This document shows positions 39,417 through 49,979 of a DNA stretch of 64,000 bases, in pieces. Position 1 is the stretch's first letter; each line of letters begins with the position of its first letter. A model generated the notes under the pieces. That model saw only the letters and a program-made list of their open reading frames with translations, was not told the DNA's origin and ran no database searches. Source of the DNA: Acidilobaceae archaeon (GTDB taxonomy: Archaea > Thermoproteota > Thermoprotei_A > Sulfolobales > Acidilobaceae); NCBI GenBank assembly GCA_038897215.1, contig JAWAWX010000001.1:224001-288000 (forward strand), read 5' to 3'. The position numbers and the translations under genes are program-made.

Positions 39417-40679
39417 GTGGCGTCTATTGAGGTGCTGGGGAGCGGGAGGGAGGTCGGTAGAGCGGCTATAGCTGTGTGGAGTAGGAGTGGGAGAGCTCTC
39501 CTCCTAGACTACGGGGTCAACTTCACTGAGAGAGACGAGCCAGTGTTCCCTGAGCACGTGAGGCCAGCCGACCTGGCTGGAGTCGTCCTAACTCACAGCC
39601 ACCTAGACCACGTTGGAGCAGCCCCCATGCTCTTCGTTAGCATCAAGCCCCGGCTTTTCGCCACGCGCCTCACTCTAGACGTCTCGAGGATCCTGTACAA
39701 CGATATGCTGAAGCTCTCTGGAGACAAGCTCACCTACGACTCAGCAGTTGTCGATGAGATGCTCTCGGTAGCAGAGCCTCTCAACTACAGAGAGGAGGTA
39801 GAGCTCGGAGACTTCCACTTCAAGCTCCTCTACTCGGGGCACATACCCGGCTCAGCCTCAGTCTACGTCGAGGTAGACGGGAGAAGAGTGCTCTACACTA
39901 GCGATATGAACGTGCTAGAGACCAAGCTCGTGGGCCCAGCCGACTTCACAGGCGTGGACCCCGAGGTTGTCATCATAGAGTCTACCTACGGGTCTACGCT
40001 ACACCCCCCAAGGAGGCTGGTCGAGGAGAGGCTCTACGAGACTGTCAGAGAGGTCGTCGAGAACGGGGGCGTCGTGCTCATCCCAGCGTTCAGCGTTAGC
40101 AGAGGCCAGGAGATAATGTGTGTTCTAGCCGAGAGAGACCCGGGGTTCCCAGTGTGGGTCGACGGGATGATAAGAGACGTGGCGGAGATATACTTGAGGC
40201 ACAAGGGCTACATCAGGCTAGAGGGTCTCATGATGAAGTCTATGGTGGAGTTCAACATAGTCAGAGGCTGGCAAGACAGGAAGAGAGCAATCAGAGAGCC
40301 GGGAGTCATAATAGCGAGCTCGGGCATGATGAAGGGAGGGCCTAGCCTACACTACCTCAAGAAGCTCGGAGAGAACCCGGATAACGCGATAGTCCTGGTC
40401 AGTTACCAGGGCAGAGGGACTCCCGGCAGGCAGATACTGGAGACAGGCTTCGCTCTCCCCGAGGAGATGCCGGTCAGAGCTAGAGTCTACTGGTTCGACT
40501 TCTCCAGCCACGTAGACCAGAGAGGCATCCTCGGAGTCCTCAAGTCCTTCAAGAGCTTGGAGAAAGTGATCCTAGTCCACGGAACCCCTCAGGCTCAAGA
40601 GGTCCTAGCTGGGAGAGTGGAGAGCGAGATAGGAGTCGAGGTCTACGCTCCAGCAGTCGGGGAGAAGCTCGAAGTCTAG
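39417..40679 (+). CDS. Beta-CASP MBL-fold ribonuclease (aCPSF2-like)
   Basis: EVGR, HSHLDH, GHIPGS, ESTYG, SSHVD and VHG motifs; no KH domains. Confidence 0.88.
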   Translation: MASIEVLGSGREVGRAAIAVWSRSGRALLLDYGVNFTERDEPVFPEHVRPADLAGVVLTHSHLDHVGAAPMLFVSIKPRLFATRLTLDVSRILYNDMLKLSGDKLTYDSAVVDEMLSVAEPLNYREEVELGDFHFKLLYSGHIPGSASVYVEVDGRRVLYTSDMNVLETKLVGPADFTGVDPEVVIIESTYGSTLHPPRRLVEERLYETVREVVENGGVVLIPAFSVSRGQEIMCVLAERDPGFPVWVDGMIRDVAEIYLRHKGYIRLEGLMMKSMVEFNIVRGWQDRKRAIREPGVIIASSGMMKGGPSLHYLKKLGENPDNAIVLVSYQGRGTPGRQILETGFALPEEMPVRARVYWFDFSSHVDQRGILGVLKSFKSLEKVILVHGTPQAQEVLAGRVESEIGVEVYAPAVGEKLEV

Positions 40680-40903
40680 GTCTTGCTCTTCTCAGTCTTG
40701 TCTACGTCGATCACGTTCTTGCAGTGAAGCTGTTTGAGAACGTTGTCTAGCTCGCTCTCAGTAGTCTTGAACGTGTAGAGGTAGCGCTTAGTCCTAGCCT
40801 TTATCTTGACTACGCTAGTCTTCTTCACGCGCTTAATCCTACACTCTACAGCCCTCTTTGTTATCTCAGCGAACTCCGAGAGGTCTGTGACCTCTAAGGG
40901 CAT
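40676..40903 (-). CDS. rpl38e: 50S ribosomal protein L38e
   Basis: MP start and KIKARTKRYLYT motif; start placed at the internal ATG. Confidence 0.85.
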   Translation of the reverse strand: MPLEVTDLSEFAEITKRAVECRIKRVKKTSVVKIKARTKRYLYTFKTTESELDNVLKQLHCKNVIDVDKTEKSKT

Positions 40904-40939
40904 CTCTATCGCCTTCACGTCTACCTCGATACTCGGCTT

Positions 40940-41590
40940 TTATACTTTGCTCGTAGCGCGGCCGAGAACCCGGGCTTTCGCGGAGCTCTCGAGCTCTCCG
41001 GCTATGTAGCTTAGCCACGGCTTGTAGCAGCGAGAGACCCAGATCTTGGCTATGTCTCTCGAGCTGGTTCTCGAGAGAGCTCTCGAGAGGCTCTTCACAG
41101 TCGGCTTCACCATAAGGACATCGTCGTCCTCCATGCACGCCAGCTTCTCAACCTTGCCGGCTAGACTCGGGCTCTTCTCCTCCAGAGACTCTATGGGGAT
41201 GAGCGTGTAGCCCAGGCTATCGAACATCCTCATGCTACTCTTGTTCCAGAAAGCCGTCGACGCCACGAACACCTCAGCTCCGTCGCTTTCGAGAAGCTCC
41301 TCTAGAGAGAGGACGAGAGTCTTCCCTACACCGGAGCCTCTGTAAGCCTCCTCAACGTACACGTAGTACACAACCCCTACTCTGAAAGCCGTGAAGCCGA
41401 TAGCCGCTCCTACCGGAGTCTCGCCTGATACAGCTAGCAGAGCTCTAGCTCCGTGAGCCAAGCTACTCTCAACGAATCTATAGTGGTACTCTCCGAAGCC
41501 TCTAGCCAAGAGCCGTAGCGCGAGCCTAGGCTCCTCGACTACGACTAGCCTAGGGCTACTATCGTCTTCAGAGTCCGAAGACTCCTCCAC
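40940..41590 (-). CDS. GNAT family acetyltransferase
   Basis: VEEAYRGSGVGK acetyl-CoA motif; N...FDSLGY. Confidence 0.8.
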   Translation of the reverse strand: MEESSDSEDDSSPRLVVVEEPRLALRLLARGFGEYHYRFVESSLAHGARALLAVSGETPVGAAIGFTAFRVGVVYYVYVEEAYRGSGVGKTLVLSLEELLESDGAEVFVASTAFWNKSSMRMFDSLGYTLIPIESLEEKSPSLAGKVEKLACMEDDDVLMVKPTVKSLSRALSRTSSRDIAKIWVSRCYKPWLSYIAGELESSAKARVLGRATSKV

Positions 41591-41663
41591 AGTCTCAGCC
41601 TACACCATTTCTAGAGGAGTAGGATGGCAGAGCCTAATAAAGCAAGCTGTGGATAGCCGTGGC

Positions 41664-41912
41664 TCAGCTCTTCTCCAGGTACTTCTTGGCTATAGTCTTC
41701 CACATCGAGGGGTCTACGTCCATCACCCAGGCTGGCACTTTCTTCACGAACTCGTATGCCTCCTCCCAGCTGTCTAGACCTAGGGCTGCTGCTAGCTCCT
41801 CTAGAGTCATCCTCGTTCTCTTGTACCTTCTGAGTATCTCGACTACCTTCTCGTCTATCTCTATCACCTTGTCTCCAACAGCTACCACGAGACCCCCCTT
41901 CTCCTCACTCAA
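41664..41912 (-). CDS. Small conserved HTH-like protein
   Basis: MTLEELAAALGLDSWEEAYEFVKKVPAW. Confidence 0.7.
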   Translation of the reverse strand: MSEEKGGLVVAVGDKVIEIDEKVVEILRRYKRTRMTLEELAAALGLDSWEEAYEFVKKVPAWVMDVDPSMWKTIAKKYLEKS

Positions 41913-41981
41913 GGTCTCAGCCTCTCTCCGGGAAGCCTAGACCTCAGCCTTTAAGCTTCCCGCTCACTGAGCGAGAGCCCG

Positions 41982-43262
41982 GTGCTCTCGTTGAGCAAGA
42001 CTTCGAGAATACAGGGGTTCTACAAGTTGCCTATAAGCGAGAGGATAAGGGTTCTCAAAGAGTTCGCTGATTTAACTGACGAGGAGGTAGGTCTCCTCAC
42101 GAGAACAGGCAGGCTGACTCTAGACGTGGCGGATAAGATGATAGAAAACGTTGTTGGCACCTTCGAGCTCCCCTTCGCTGTAGCAGTCAACTTTTTGATC
42201 AACGGGAGAGACTACATGGTCCCCATGGTGATAGAAGAGCCCTCTGTGGTGGCTGCAGCCTCGAATGCTGCTAGGTGGTGCCGCGAGGGCGGCGGTATAT
42301 GGGCTAGAGCCTCCGAGCCCCTCATGATCGGGCAGGTCCAGGTAGTCAAAGCCCCCTCGCCTCACCGCGCTGTCATGAGGATACTGGAGAGGAGAGAGGA
42401 GATACTGGAGGCTGCTAACTCCACGAACGAGTTCCTAGTCAAGATAGGAGGGGGCGCTAGAGACATAGAGGTTAGAGTCGTGAACAGCCCCGTAGGCGAG
42501 ATGGTCGTAGTCCACCTCATAGTAGACGTGAGGGACGCCATGGGCGCTAATATAGTGAACACTATGGTTGAGAAGATAGCACCGATAATAGAGGAGGCTA
42601 GCGGAGGCAAGGTATTGCTGAGAATAGTCTCCAATCTAGCAGATAAGAGGATAGCTAGAGCGTGGACCAGAATCCCCAAAGACGCCATAGGCGGAGACGA
42701 GGTAGTCGAGAGGATAATCTACGCCTGGGCTCTAGCAGCCTCAGACCCCTACAGAGCGGCTACGCACAACAAGGGCATAATGAACGGGATAGTGGCTGTA
42801 GCTCTAGCAACAGGGCAGGATACGAGAGCCATAGAGGCTGGAGCTCACGCCTATGCTGCTAGAAGAGGCAGATACGAGCCTCTGAGCGTCTGGGAGAGAG
42901 ACGAGAATGGAGACCTAGTAGGCTACATAGAGCTCCCCCTAGCTGTCGGCACGGTTGGCGGCTCGATCAAATCCAACCCCATGGCTAGACTAGCGTTGAA
43001 GATACTCGGGGTCAAGACCTCTAGAGAGCTAGCTGAGGTGATGGCAGCGGTCGGGCTAGCTCAGAACCTGGCAGCGCTCAGAGCACTAGTCACAGAGGGG
43101 ATCCAGAGGGGGCACATGAAGCTCCACGCTAGGCAGCTAGCTCTAGCTGCTGGAGCGTCGCCCGAGGAGGTAGACGCTGTAGTAGAGGAGATGGTGAAAT
43201 CGGGGACTATAAGCTTAGAGAAGGCTAAAGAGGTGCTAGCCAGCCTCAGGTCTAGAGTGTGA
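41982..43262 (+). CDS. mvaA: HMG-CoA reductase, class II
   Basis: ENVVG, EEPSVVAA, DAMGAN, THNKGIMNG and GHMKLH motifs. Confidence 0.93.
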   Translation: MLSLSKTSRIQGFYKLPISERIRVLKEFADLTDEEVGLLTRTGRLTLDVADKMIENVVGTFELPFAVAVNFLINGRDYMVPMVIEEPSVVAAASNAARWCREGGGIWARASEPLMIGQVQVVKAPSPHRAVMRILERREEILEAANSTNEFLVKIGGGARDIEVRVVNSPVGEMVVVHLIVDVRDAMGANIVNTMVEKIAPIIEEASGGKVLLRIVSNLADKRIARAWTRIPKDAIGGDEVVERIIYAWALAASDPYRAATHNKGIMNGIVAVALATGQDTRAIEAGAHAYAARRGRYEPLSVWERDENGDLVGYIELPLAVGTVGGSIKSNPMARLALKILGVKTSRELAEVMAAVGLAQNLAALRALVTEGIQRGHMKLHARQLALAAGASPEEVDAVVEEMVKSGTISLEKAKEVLASLRSRV

Positions 43263-43607
43263 CTGCTGAAGCCTCCTCTGGAGAAGCCCCCCATACCTCC
43301 CCGTGACCACAGCCTCCTCTAGGCTCTCTAGCCTCTCGATGAGGAACCTTACTGTCTCCTCTAGCTCTCTAACCTTGCCCTCGAGCATCGTCGACTTAAG
43401 CCTGAACTCTCTCTCGAGCCTGTCTGCTTTGAGGGAGAGAGAGGCTAGAGCCTCCTCGCTCACTCTAGGAGGCTGGCTTAGAGCACCCTCCAGTCCCAGC
43501 CTGATATAAAGCTTGATCAGGTCGGTAATCTGGATCCCCATGTCGCTTGCTCTCTTCTTAAGCTCGTTGTACAAGCTCTCTGGGAGAGCTAGGTGCACTG
43601 TCGGCAT
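43236..43607 (-). CDS. Ribbon-helix-helix regulator with C-terminal coiled coil
   Basis: MPTVHLALPESLYNELKKRA...ITDLIKLYI RHH pattern. Confidence 0.75.
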   Translation of the reverse strand: MPTVHLALPESLYNELKKRASDMGIQITDLIKLYIRLGLEGALSQPPRVSEEALASLSLKADRLEREFRLKSTMLEGKVRELEETVRFLIERLESLEEAVVTGRYGGLLQRRLQQSHSRPEAG

Positions 43608-43612
43608 ATGTA

Positions 43613-43689
43613 TACTCCCATATACGGGAGTACTGGTGAGAGCTTATATCTTATAGTGAGTCGTGTACTCTCATCAAACAGAGAGTACA
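43613..43689. promoter_or_regulatory. Two related palindromic operator candidates
   Basis: TACTCCC-N6-GGGAGTA (43613-43632) and TGTACTCTC-N8-GAGAGTACA (43664-43689) between divergent RHH genes. Confidence 0.6.
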
Positions 43690-43760
43690 TTTCGCCATAT
43701 AGGGGTCATGTTGAAAATCTCTAGTAGACATAGGTATTAAGACTCGGGGCGCGAGGAGAG

Positions 43761-43931
43761 ATGAGAGTAGTTAGCTTCAAGGCAGACGAGGACCTACTCT
43801 TCTTGCTAGAAGAGTACTCTAGGAGGAAGAATATGAGCAAGAGCGAGATTATAAGGAGAGCTCTAAAGCTCTACATCTCTAAAGACATGTCTGAGACAGC
43901 TACCACGAAGAGGATTAGAGTGATCCAGTGA
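43761..43931 (+). CDS. 56-aa RHH protein, aCcr1-like cell-cycle regulator (missed by ORF track)
   Basis: MRVVSFKADEDLLFLLEEYSRRKNMSKSEIIRRALKLYISKDMSETATTKRIRVIQ; GAGGAG SD; closely resembles Sulfolobales aCcr1 (MRVVTFK..EDLL). Confidence 0.8.
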   Translation: MRVVSFKADEDLLFLLEEYSRRKNMSKSEIIRRALKLYISKDMSETATTKRIRVIQ

Positions 43932-44908
43932 CGAGTACTGCTCTAGCGCTGTATCGTAGCCCCTCTCTCCTCTCCCCACGTCTCTCCCGCAATCAAGCGT
44001 TATCTAGCCTCTCTCCTCTCGCTGGCTCGGATGAGAGAGCTGTGCTCATAGTTGCTGGCGCCGGAGTAGGCCCCAATAGCGTCACTCTAGAGGTCGTGGA
44101 GGCTTTGAGGAGAGCAGATAAAGTGTACGTTGAGACGTACACTTCTCCGGCTTCACGCTGGCTTCTAGACCTAGCGTATAGGCATAGCGGGAGAGTCGTT
44201 GAAGCCTCTAGGAGAGTTCTCGAGGAGGAGAGCTGGAGAGTAGTCGAGGAGGCTAGAGAGAAGACTGTGGTCGTGCTGTCGCCCGGCGACCCTCTCATAG
44301 CTACCACTCACCAAGCTCTTCTAGCCGAGGCGTCGGCTAGAGGCGTCGAAGCCAAGTACGTTCCCGGAGTCTCTGGAGTCACTGCTGCTAAAGCGTACTC
44401 GGGGCTCTCCTACTACAGGTTCGGGCGGGCTGCGACAGCTCCCGGGCCCTGGAGGCAAGCGAAGCCCTTCTCGGTCATCCTGACACTCTACGGCAATCTC
44501 TGTATCGATGCTCACACTCTAATCCTCCTCGATGTGAGCGACGAGGGGGAGATGCTGAGCCCCGCTACAGCAGCGTCTCTACTCCTAGAGCACGAGAGAG
44601 TGGTTTCGAGAGAGCTGAAGACCCCCCTCATACTCCACCAGACTCCCCTAATCCTGGTGGTAGCAGCGGGGAGAGAGAGTGCGAGAATAGAGCTCTACGA
44701 CTCAGCGCTAGACCTGACCGCTTCAGAGAGCAGTGTTGAAGAGCCCTCTAGCCTGATCGCTCCAGCTCCTCTCAGCGGGTCTGAAGCGTGGGTACTCGAG
44801 TCTAGAACGAGGCGGAGACTGCTGGAGGTGTGGGTGAAGAGAGGGTACTCGAGGAGAGACGCTTGCTCGAGCTACGAGGCTCTCCTAGACTGGCTCTCGA
44901 GAGACTGA
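43928..44908 (+). CDS. dph5: Diphthine synthase (start probably further downstream)
   Basis: ETYTS, GDPLIATTH, GLSYYRFG and HTLILLD motifs. Confidence 0.85.
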   Translation: MTSTALALYRSPSLLSPRLSRNQALSSLSPLAGSDERAVLIVAGAGVGPNSVTLEVVEALRRADKVYVETYTSPASRWLLDLAYRHSGRVVEASRRVLEEESWRVVEEAREKTVVVLSPGDPLIATTHQALLAEASARGVEAKYVPGVSGVTAAKAYSGLSYYRFGRAATAPGPWRQAKPFSVILTLYGNLCIDAHTLILLDVSDEGEMLSPATAASLLLEHERVVSRELKTPLILHQTPLILVVAAGRESARIELYDSALDLTASESSVEEPSSLIAPAPLSGSEAWVLESRTRRRLLEVWVKRGYSRRDACSSYEALLDWLSRD

Positions 44909-46953
44909 GAGGGAGCACGCGATACCAGCACTATCCTCACGTCTTCAGGCATGCTTATTGGAGTGAACGGGATCCCCGTCCCCCTATAGAACTTGGAGAA
45001 CCACTCGTAGAAGTGCAGCCTTAGAGTCTGAGCGAAGGCTATTATCGCCTCTATAGCTATAGCTATCAGGTTCCCGAACACGTAGAGGACGAAGCCCACG
45101 GCTAAGCCTAGAGCTCCCCCATGGCTCATCTCGTGGTATATGTAGTAGAAGCCGAGCATTATGCTAGAGTGGGCTAGAGCTAGAGCTAGTATTCTCAGAA
45201 AGCTCGGGATATTGCCTAGAGCCATGAGTATAGAGTCGAAAGCCTCCATGAAGGAAGAGATCAGAGCAGAGCCTACCCCGTGCCCGTGCTTGAGCGCAAA
45301 GAAAGGCTCTCCGAGAAGCATCCACAGCAAGCCTACTAGAGCCCCCAGTAGGACTACCGTGGCCTTCACGTCGCCCCCTCCTAGCTCGAAGACTGCTCTC
45401 TGGATAGTCGAGGCGGCGTCGCTCACGCTGAGGCTAGTGAGGAAGGGTAGAGCTATCGAGGTAAAGAAGATGAATCTAGGTAGCCTCATAGCCAGGAGCT
45501 CTTCAGAATCCCTTCTGATCCACGCGTTGAGAACCCCTAGCAGAGTGCCGAATGAGAGCATGAATGCCCCTATCCACAAGCATATAGTCACAGCTCTGTA
45601 GAGGAGTGCGTTCACCAGCTCCCACTTGCCCTTCTCTATAGCGTACGTTGGGAGAGCTAGAGGAGGCAGGGGGCTAATCCAGCCGAAGAGCTTCTCCAAG
45701 ACCAGGTGGCCGCCCAGAGGGCCGAAGAACTCTCCGGCTAGAAGCCCCGTGATCATAGAGGCTGCTCCCAGGACTAGGAGCACGTCTCTCCACGCCGGGT
45801 TCCTCTTGCCGAAGAAGAGGAGACCGAAGAGAGCCAGGACGAGACCGTGGCCAGCATCGGGGAACATTAGAGCAAACGCTATCGGGAAGGTTACTGCCAG
45901 GAAGAGTGTGGGAACTACCTCACCCGTCTCTGGCTCTCCATACATCTGCGTTATCTTGTGGAAGGAGCGCACCACGGGAGGTAGCGCTACCTTAGTGGGA
46001 GCTCTAGCCTCGCCTCTAACGAGGCCCATGTCTAGAAGCACGTAGGAAGCACCCGCCTCCTCGTCTAGAGTCTTCTTGAGCCTATCGTAGTCGTAATCGT
46101 CTATGTATCCCTCCACGAAGAACATGCTTGAAGACTCGAGACCCGATGAGAGAGCCCTAAACACCTCTCTGAAAGCAACGAGGTGAGTGTAGTAGCGCGT
46201 TAGCTCCGGTAGCCTAGACTTAAGCTCCCCTCTTATCTTCTCAGCTTCGGTCTCGAGCCCTTCGAGACTCCTTTTGAGTATCTCATACGCCTCCTTCGGG
46301 CTTCCGGGGAGCTCTTTCGGCACTACTAGGAGACTCATGCCTGCTCTAGACAGGTTAGCGACAACTCCCCTCATGACTTCAGGCTTGCCGACTACGGCTA
46401 CGCGCGTCCTCCCGTCCTCCATAGTCTCGCAGACTACTACAGCACCCGCTCTAGATGCTTCCTCGCACTCTCTCTCAAAGCCCGGGGGCGCTATTCCTAG
46501 AGCGAACTGCAGAGTTACCGCCTCGTAGGCTCTCTTAATGTCGCTCTCTATATCAGTCATGGGGGCTAGCTGCTCTAGAGTCTTCTTTATCTCGTCGGCT
46601 CTCCTCTCTAAATCGGAGAGTCTCGATATCCTAGAGTCGTAGAACTCCTCGAGATCAGCGTAGAACTTCAGGACATTGCTGAACGTGCTCTCCCAATCGC
46701 TAACCTCTATAACCAAGCCTCTCTCCGTCGCGGGCTCCAGGTTTAGGTAGTGGAAGAAGCTCGCAACCTTGCTCGCTCTCTCTGAAGCTTGAGTATACAG
46801 CTTCCTGTAGGTAGGAGAGGGGGAGCCTGGTAGCTCGCGGCTAGGCTCCTCGATGTGGAGAACGCCCTCGTTAGCTATGCGAGTAAGAACTCTGTCATAC
46901 GAGCTCTTAGGGAGAGCGATCAAGACGTACCTAAGCCTACGTGGCACTAGCAA
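44872..46953 (-). CDS. atpI: A/V-type ATP synthase subunit I
   Basis: FALMFPDAGHG, SFLRILALALAH and LRLHFYEWFSKFY motifs. Confidence 0.93.
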   Translation of the reverse strand: MLVPRRLRYVLIALPKSSYDRVLTRIANEGVLHIEEPSRELPGSPSPTYRKLYTQASERASKVASFFHYLNLEPATERGLVIEVSDWESTFSNVLKFYADLEEFYDSRISRLSDLERRADEIKKTLEQLAPMTDIESDIKRAYEAVTLQFALGIAPPGFERECEEASRAGAVVVCETMEDGRTRVAVVGKPEVMRGVVANLSRAGMSLLVVPKELPGSPKEAYEILKRSLEGLETEAEKIRGELKSRLPELTRYYTHLVAFREVFRALSSGLESSSMFFVEGYIDDYDYDRLKKTLDEEAGASYVLLDMGLVRGEARAPTKVALPPVVRSFHKITQMYGEPETGEVVPTLFLAVTFPIAFALMFPDAGHGLVLALFGLLFFGKRNPAWRDVLLVLGAASMITGLLAGEFFGPLGGHLVLEKLFGWISPLPPLALPTYAIEKGKWELVNALLYRAVTICLWIGAFMLSFGTLLGVLNAWIRRDSEELLAMRLPRFIFFTSIALPFLTSLSVSDAASTIQRAVFELGGGDVKATVVLLGALVGLLWMLLGEPFFALKHGHGVGSALISSFMEAFDSILMALGNIPSFLRILALALAHSSIMLGFYYIYHEMSHGGALGLAVGFVLYVFGNLIAIAIEAIIAFAQTLRLHFYEWFSKFYRGTGIPFTPISMPEDVRIVLVSRAPSQSLESQSRRAS

Positions 46954-47188
46954 GTCGTGACTAGCCCTCCGCTTAGAATCGCTTCAAACCAAATTTAAAT
47001 ATCTAAGCGTTTTTTCCCAATCTAAATACCAAGCGTTCTCTCGTTCTCGTTAATCGATACAGTCGAGAGCAGGTAGCTCTACTTATCGAGGCCAACGCGT
47101 TACCCATATCTAGAGAGTAACGAAGTCGGCTAAAAGATAAATACTTTGGTGAAAAGTCTACGCTTTCGCGGATTCTAATGACTGGTGG

Positions 47189-47515
47189 GTGCTAGTATTG
47201 TCTTCGAGCACGTTACCGAAGGGGGTCGTCTACGTGATCGGCGATAGGGAGAGCATACAGTTATTCAAAGGCGCGGGCTTCCACGTAATCGAGGCTTATA
47301 CTCAAGAGCAAGTCATAGACTATATAAGCAGAATAGATGTTCTTGGAAACGCTGCTCTCATAATAGTCTTGAGGGACTTGGTGAGCGATGAGGAGGCTTT
47401 CAGGAAGAAGACGGCTAAGTTCTCGACACCGATATACATCATGCCTACGCTCAAGTCTCCCGGAAAGCCCGTAGACCCTAGCAAGCTCCTATATCAAGCA
47501 CTAGGCTTTAAGTGA
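47189..47515 (+). CDS. atpF: A/V-type ATP synthase subunit F
   Basis: VIGDRESIQLFKGAG motif; size and position. Confidence 0.8.
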   Translation: MLVLSSSTLPKGVVYVIGDRESIQLFKGAGFHVIEAYTQEQVIDYISRIDVLGNAALIIVLRDLVSDEEAFRKKTAKFSTPIYIMPTLKSPGKPVDPSKLLYQALGFK

Positions 47516-48150
47516 GTGAGGTTGCGAGAGCGTTGTCGGCTAGAAGCAGGCTAGCAGGTGACCCCGTAGGCCTCGCTAGAGACTCGGGGGTATTCGAGCT
47601 AAGGAGGAGCAAGAAGAATCTCGAGGACGCGCTGGTAGCAAGCGAGGCTCTTATCGCTGACGCTTTCAAGAACATTCTGGCAGAGTATGAGCGAAGACTC
47701 CAGCTGGAATACTCGAGTCTACAGGACTCCCTAAAGGGCGTTAGAGCCAGGCTAGAGGCTGAAGCTCGAGCAGCAATAGCGGAGAAAGAGAGAGAGTTCA
47801 TCGAGAAAGTCCTGGCAGCGCTTAGAGCTAGGATTGCTCGAAGCAAGAGCGAGGAGTGGTACAAAGAGTTCATGAGCAGAGTCTTAGCTAAGCTAGCTGA
47901 GGAAGCAAGAGCAGTCGGGAAGCTGACAGTATGGGTTTCTCGAGACGACCAGAGCCTAGCTAGAGAACTCGTGGAGAAGATGAGATACGACTTGATCGAG
48001 ATAGCTCCAGAGCCAGCTGAGATAATCGGTGGAGCCGTGGCCAGAGACGAGTCAGGAGCAGTCAGCATAGACTACAGCGTTGACACTATAATCAAGTCGG
48101 CTACGTTAAAGCTACAAGCTCTCATACTCAAGAGCCTCAGAGAGAGCTGA
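47512..48150 (+). CDS. atpE: A/V-type ATP synthase subunit E
   Basis: Coiled N-terminus; IIGG...IDYS C-terminal motif; lies between F and A. Confidence 0.75.
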   Translation: MSEVARALSARSRLAGDPVGLARDSGVFELRRSKKNLEDALVASEALIADAFKNILAEYERRLQLEYSSLQDSLKGVRARLEAEARAAIAEKEREFIEKVLAALRARIARSKSEEWYKEFMSRVLAKLAEEARAVGKLTVWVSRDDQSLARELVEKMRYDLIEIAPEPAEIIGGAVARDESGAVSIDYSVDTIIKSATLKLQALILKSLRES

Positions 48151-48167
48151 GCGGAGGGCGGGCTAGA

Positions 48168-49973
48168 GTGGGAGTCAAGGGGCGAATAGTCAGGATAAGC
48201 GGTCCCCTAGTGGTAGCTGAGGGCATGACAGGAGTCCAGATGTACGAGATGGTTAGAGTAGGCCTAGAAGGCCTAGTGGGAGAAGTCACTCTGATAAGAG
48301 GAGATAGAGCATACATCCAGGTATACGAGTCTACAAGCGGTCTGAGACCAGGAGAGCCCGTGGAGGGCACTGGCGGGCCTCTGAGTGTAGAGCTAGGCCC
48401 AGGCCTCCTAGGGAATATCTACGACGGGATCCAGAGACCGCTACCCGTGATAAGCCGAGTGCTCTCCAGAAAGAGCCCGAGGAGAAGTATATTCGTCGAG
48501 AGAGGGATCACGGTCTCTCCTCTCGATAGAAGCAAGTTCTACTACTTCACGCCAGCCAAGGATGTTAGAGTGGGCGATAAGGTATCGCCGGGCGACGTTC
48601 TCGGCACTGTCCCCGAAACCAGCATAATAACCCACAAGATACTAGTGCCTCCTGGTGTTAGAGGCAGGCTCAAGTGGGTCGCTCCCGAGGGAGACTACAG
48701 GATCGACGACTCGATAGCCGAGGTTGAGACTGAGGAGGGGAGGACTGTAAGCCTAACGATGACGCACAAGTGGCCTGTTAGAGTGCCTAGACCCTACAAG
48801 TACAAGCTGGAGCCAACGGAGCCTCTCGTCACCGGGATGAGGATCCTGGATACTCTATTCCCTATGGCTAAAGGCGGGACTGGAGCAATACCCGGAGGCT
48901 TCGGCACAGGGAAGACTGTGACTCTACACTCTCTAGCCAGATGGTCTGCCGCCAACGTGGTCGTCTACATAGGCTGCGGTGAGAGAGGTAACGAGATGAC
49001 GGAGGTCCTAGAGAGGTTCCCCAAGTCCACGGACCCGTGGACCGGGAAGCCTCTAATGGATAGAACGATACTGATAGCCAATACTAGCAACATGCCGGTA
49101 GCCGCTAGAGAAGCCAGCATCTACGTCGGGATAACGCTAGCAGAGTACTATAGAGACATGGGCTTCGACGTGCTCCTAGTAGCCGACTCTACTAGCAGGT
49201 GGGCTGAGGCTCTCAGAGAGATAAGCGGGAGACTCGAGGAGATGCCGGCTGAGGAGGGCTACCCGAGCTATCTCGCCTCCAGGCTAGCTGAGTTCTACGA
49301 GAGAGCAGGCAGAGTGGTAGCACTAGGCAGGCCCGAGAGGCTTGGGAGCGTCACCGTGGTCGGAGCAGTGAGCCCGCCTGGAGGAGACTTCAGCGAGCCC
49401 GTCACGAGCCACACCTCTAGATTCATCAGAGTCTTCTGGGCTCTAGACACGAGGCTAGCCTACAGCAGGCACTACCCTGCTATAAACTGGCTCCTGAGCT
49501 ACAGCGCCTACGTCGACACCGTGGCTGGCTGGTGGCACGACGCTGTAGACAGGGAGTGGAGAGAGTACAGAGAGGAGGCTATGAGGATACTGATGAGGGA
49601 GGCCGAGTTGCAGGAGATAGTCAGGCTAGTCGGCACAGAAGCTCTAAGCGAGAGAGACAAGCTGGTTCTCGAGACCGCGAGGATGATCAAAGACGGGTTC
49701 CTCAAGCAGAACGCCTACGACCCCATAGACGCCTTCTCCACGCCACAAAAGCAAGTGAAGCTCCTCAAGATGTTCATAGACTTCTACAGGAGAGCCGACG
49801 AGCTAGTCAGGCACGGGCTAACAGTGGCCAGGATAAGAGAGGCCGTAGGCAGGCTCTACGTGGAGGCTGTGAAGGCGAAGTTCACGATACCGAACGACGA
49901 GCTAGACAAGATAGACGAGCTGAGCAAGAAGCTGCAGGAGGCGCTAGAAGGGCTGAGAGCAGAGATCAGGTGA
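48168..49973 (+). CDS. atpA: A/V-type ATP synthase subunit A
   Basis: [25 protein letters not shown] and [11 protein letters not shown] motifs; no intein. Confidence 0.97.
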   Translation: MGVKGRIVRISGPLVVAEGMTGVQMYEMVRVGLEGLVGEVTLIRGDRAYIQVYESTSGLRPGEPVEGTGGPLSVELGPGLLGNIYDGIQRPLPVISRVLSRKSPRRSIFVERGITVSPLDRSKFYYFTPAKDVRVGDKVSPGDVLGTVPETSIITHKILVPPGVRGRLKWVAPEGDYRIDDSIAEVETEEGRTVSLTMTHKWPVRVPRPYKYKLEPTEPLVTGMRILDTLFPMAKGGTGAIPGGFGTGKTVTLHSLARWSAANVVVYIGCGERGNEMTEVLERFPKSTDPWTGKPLMDRTILIANTSNMPVAAREASIYVGITLAEYYRDMGFDVLLVADSTSRWAEALREISGRLEEMPAEEGYPSYLASRLAEFYERAGRVVALGRPERLGSVTVVGAVSPPGGDFSEPVTSHTSRFIRVFWALDTRLAYSRHYPAINWLLSYSAYVDTVAGWWHDAVDREWREYREEAMRILMREAELQEIVRLVGTEALSERDKLVLETARMIKDGFLKQNAYDPIDAFSTPQKQVKLLKMFIDFYRRADELVRHGLTVARIREAVGRLYVEAVKAKFTIPNDELDKIDELSKKLQEALEGLRAEIR

Positions 49974-49979
49974 GGGGGG

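Noticed and set aside
39262-39420. Integrated element at tRNA-Phe
   Set aside because: No integrase and no duplicated tRNA end seen; neighbours are housekeeping genes.
46954-47188. AT-rich spacer as origin or ncRNA
   Set aside because: Adequately explained as the divergent promoter region of the ATPase genes; no repeats or stable structure seen.
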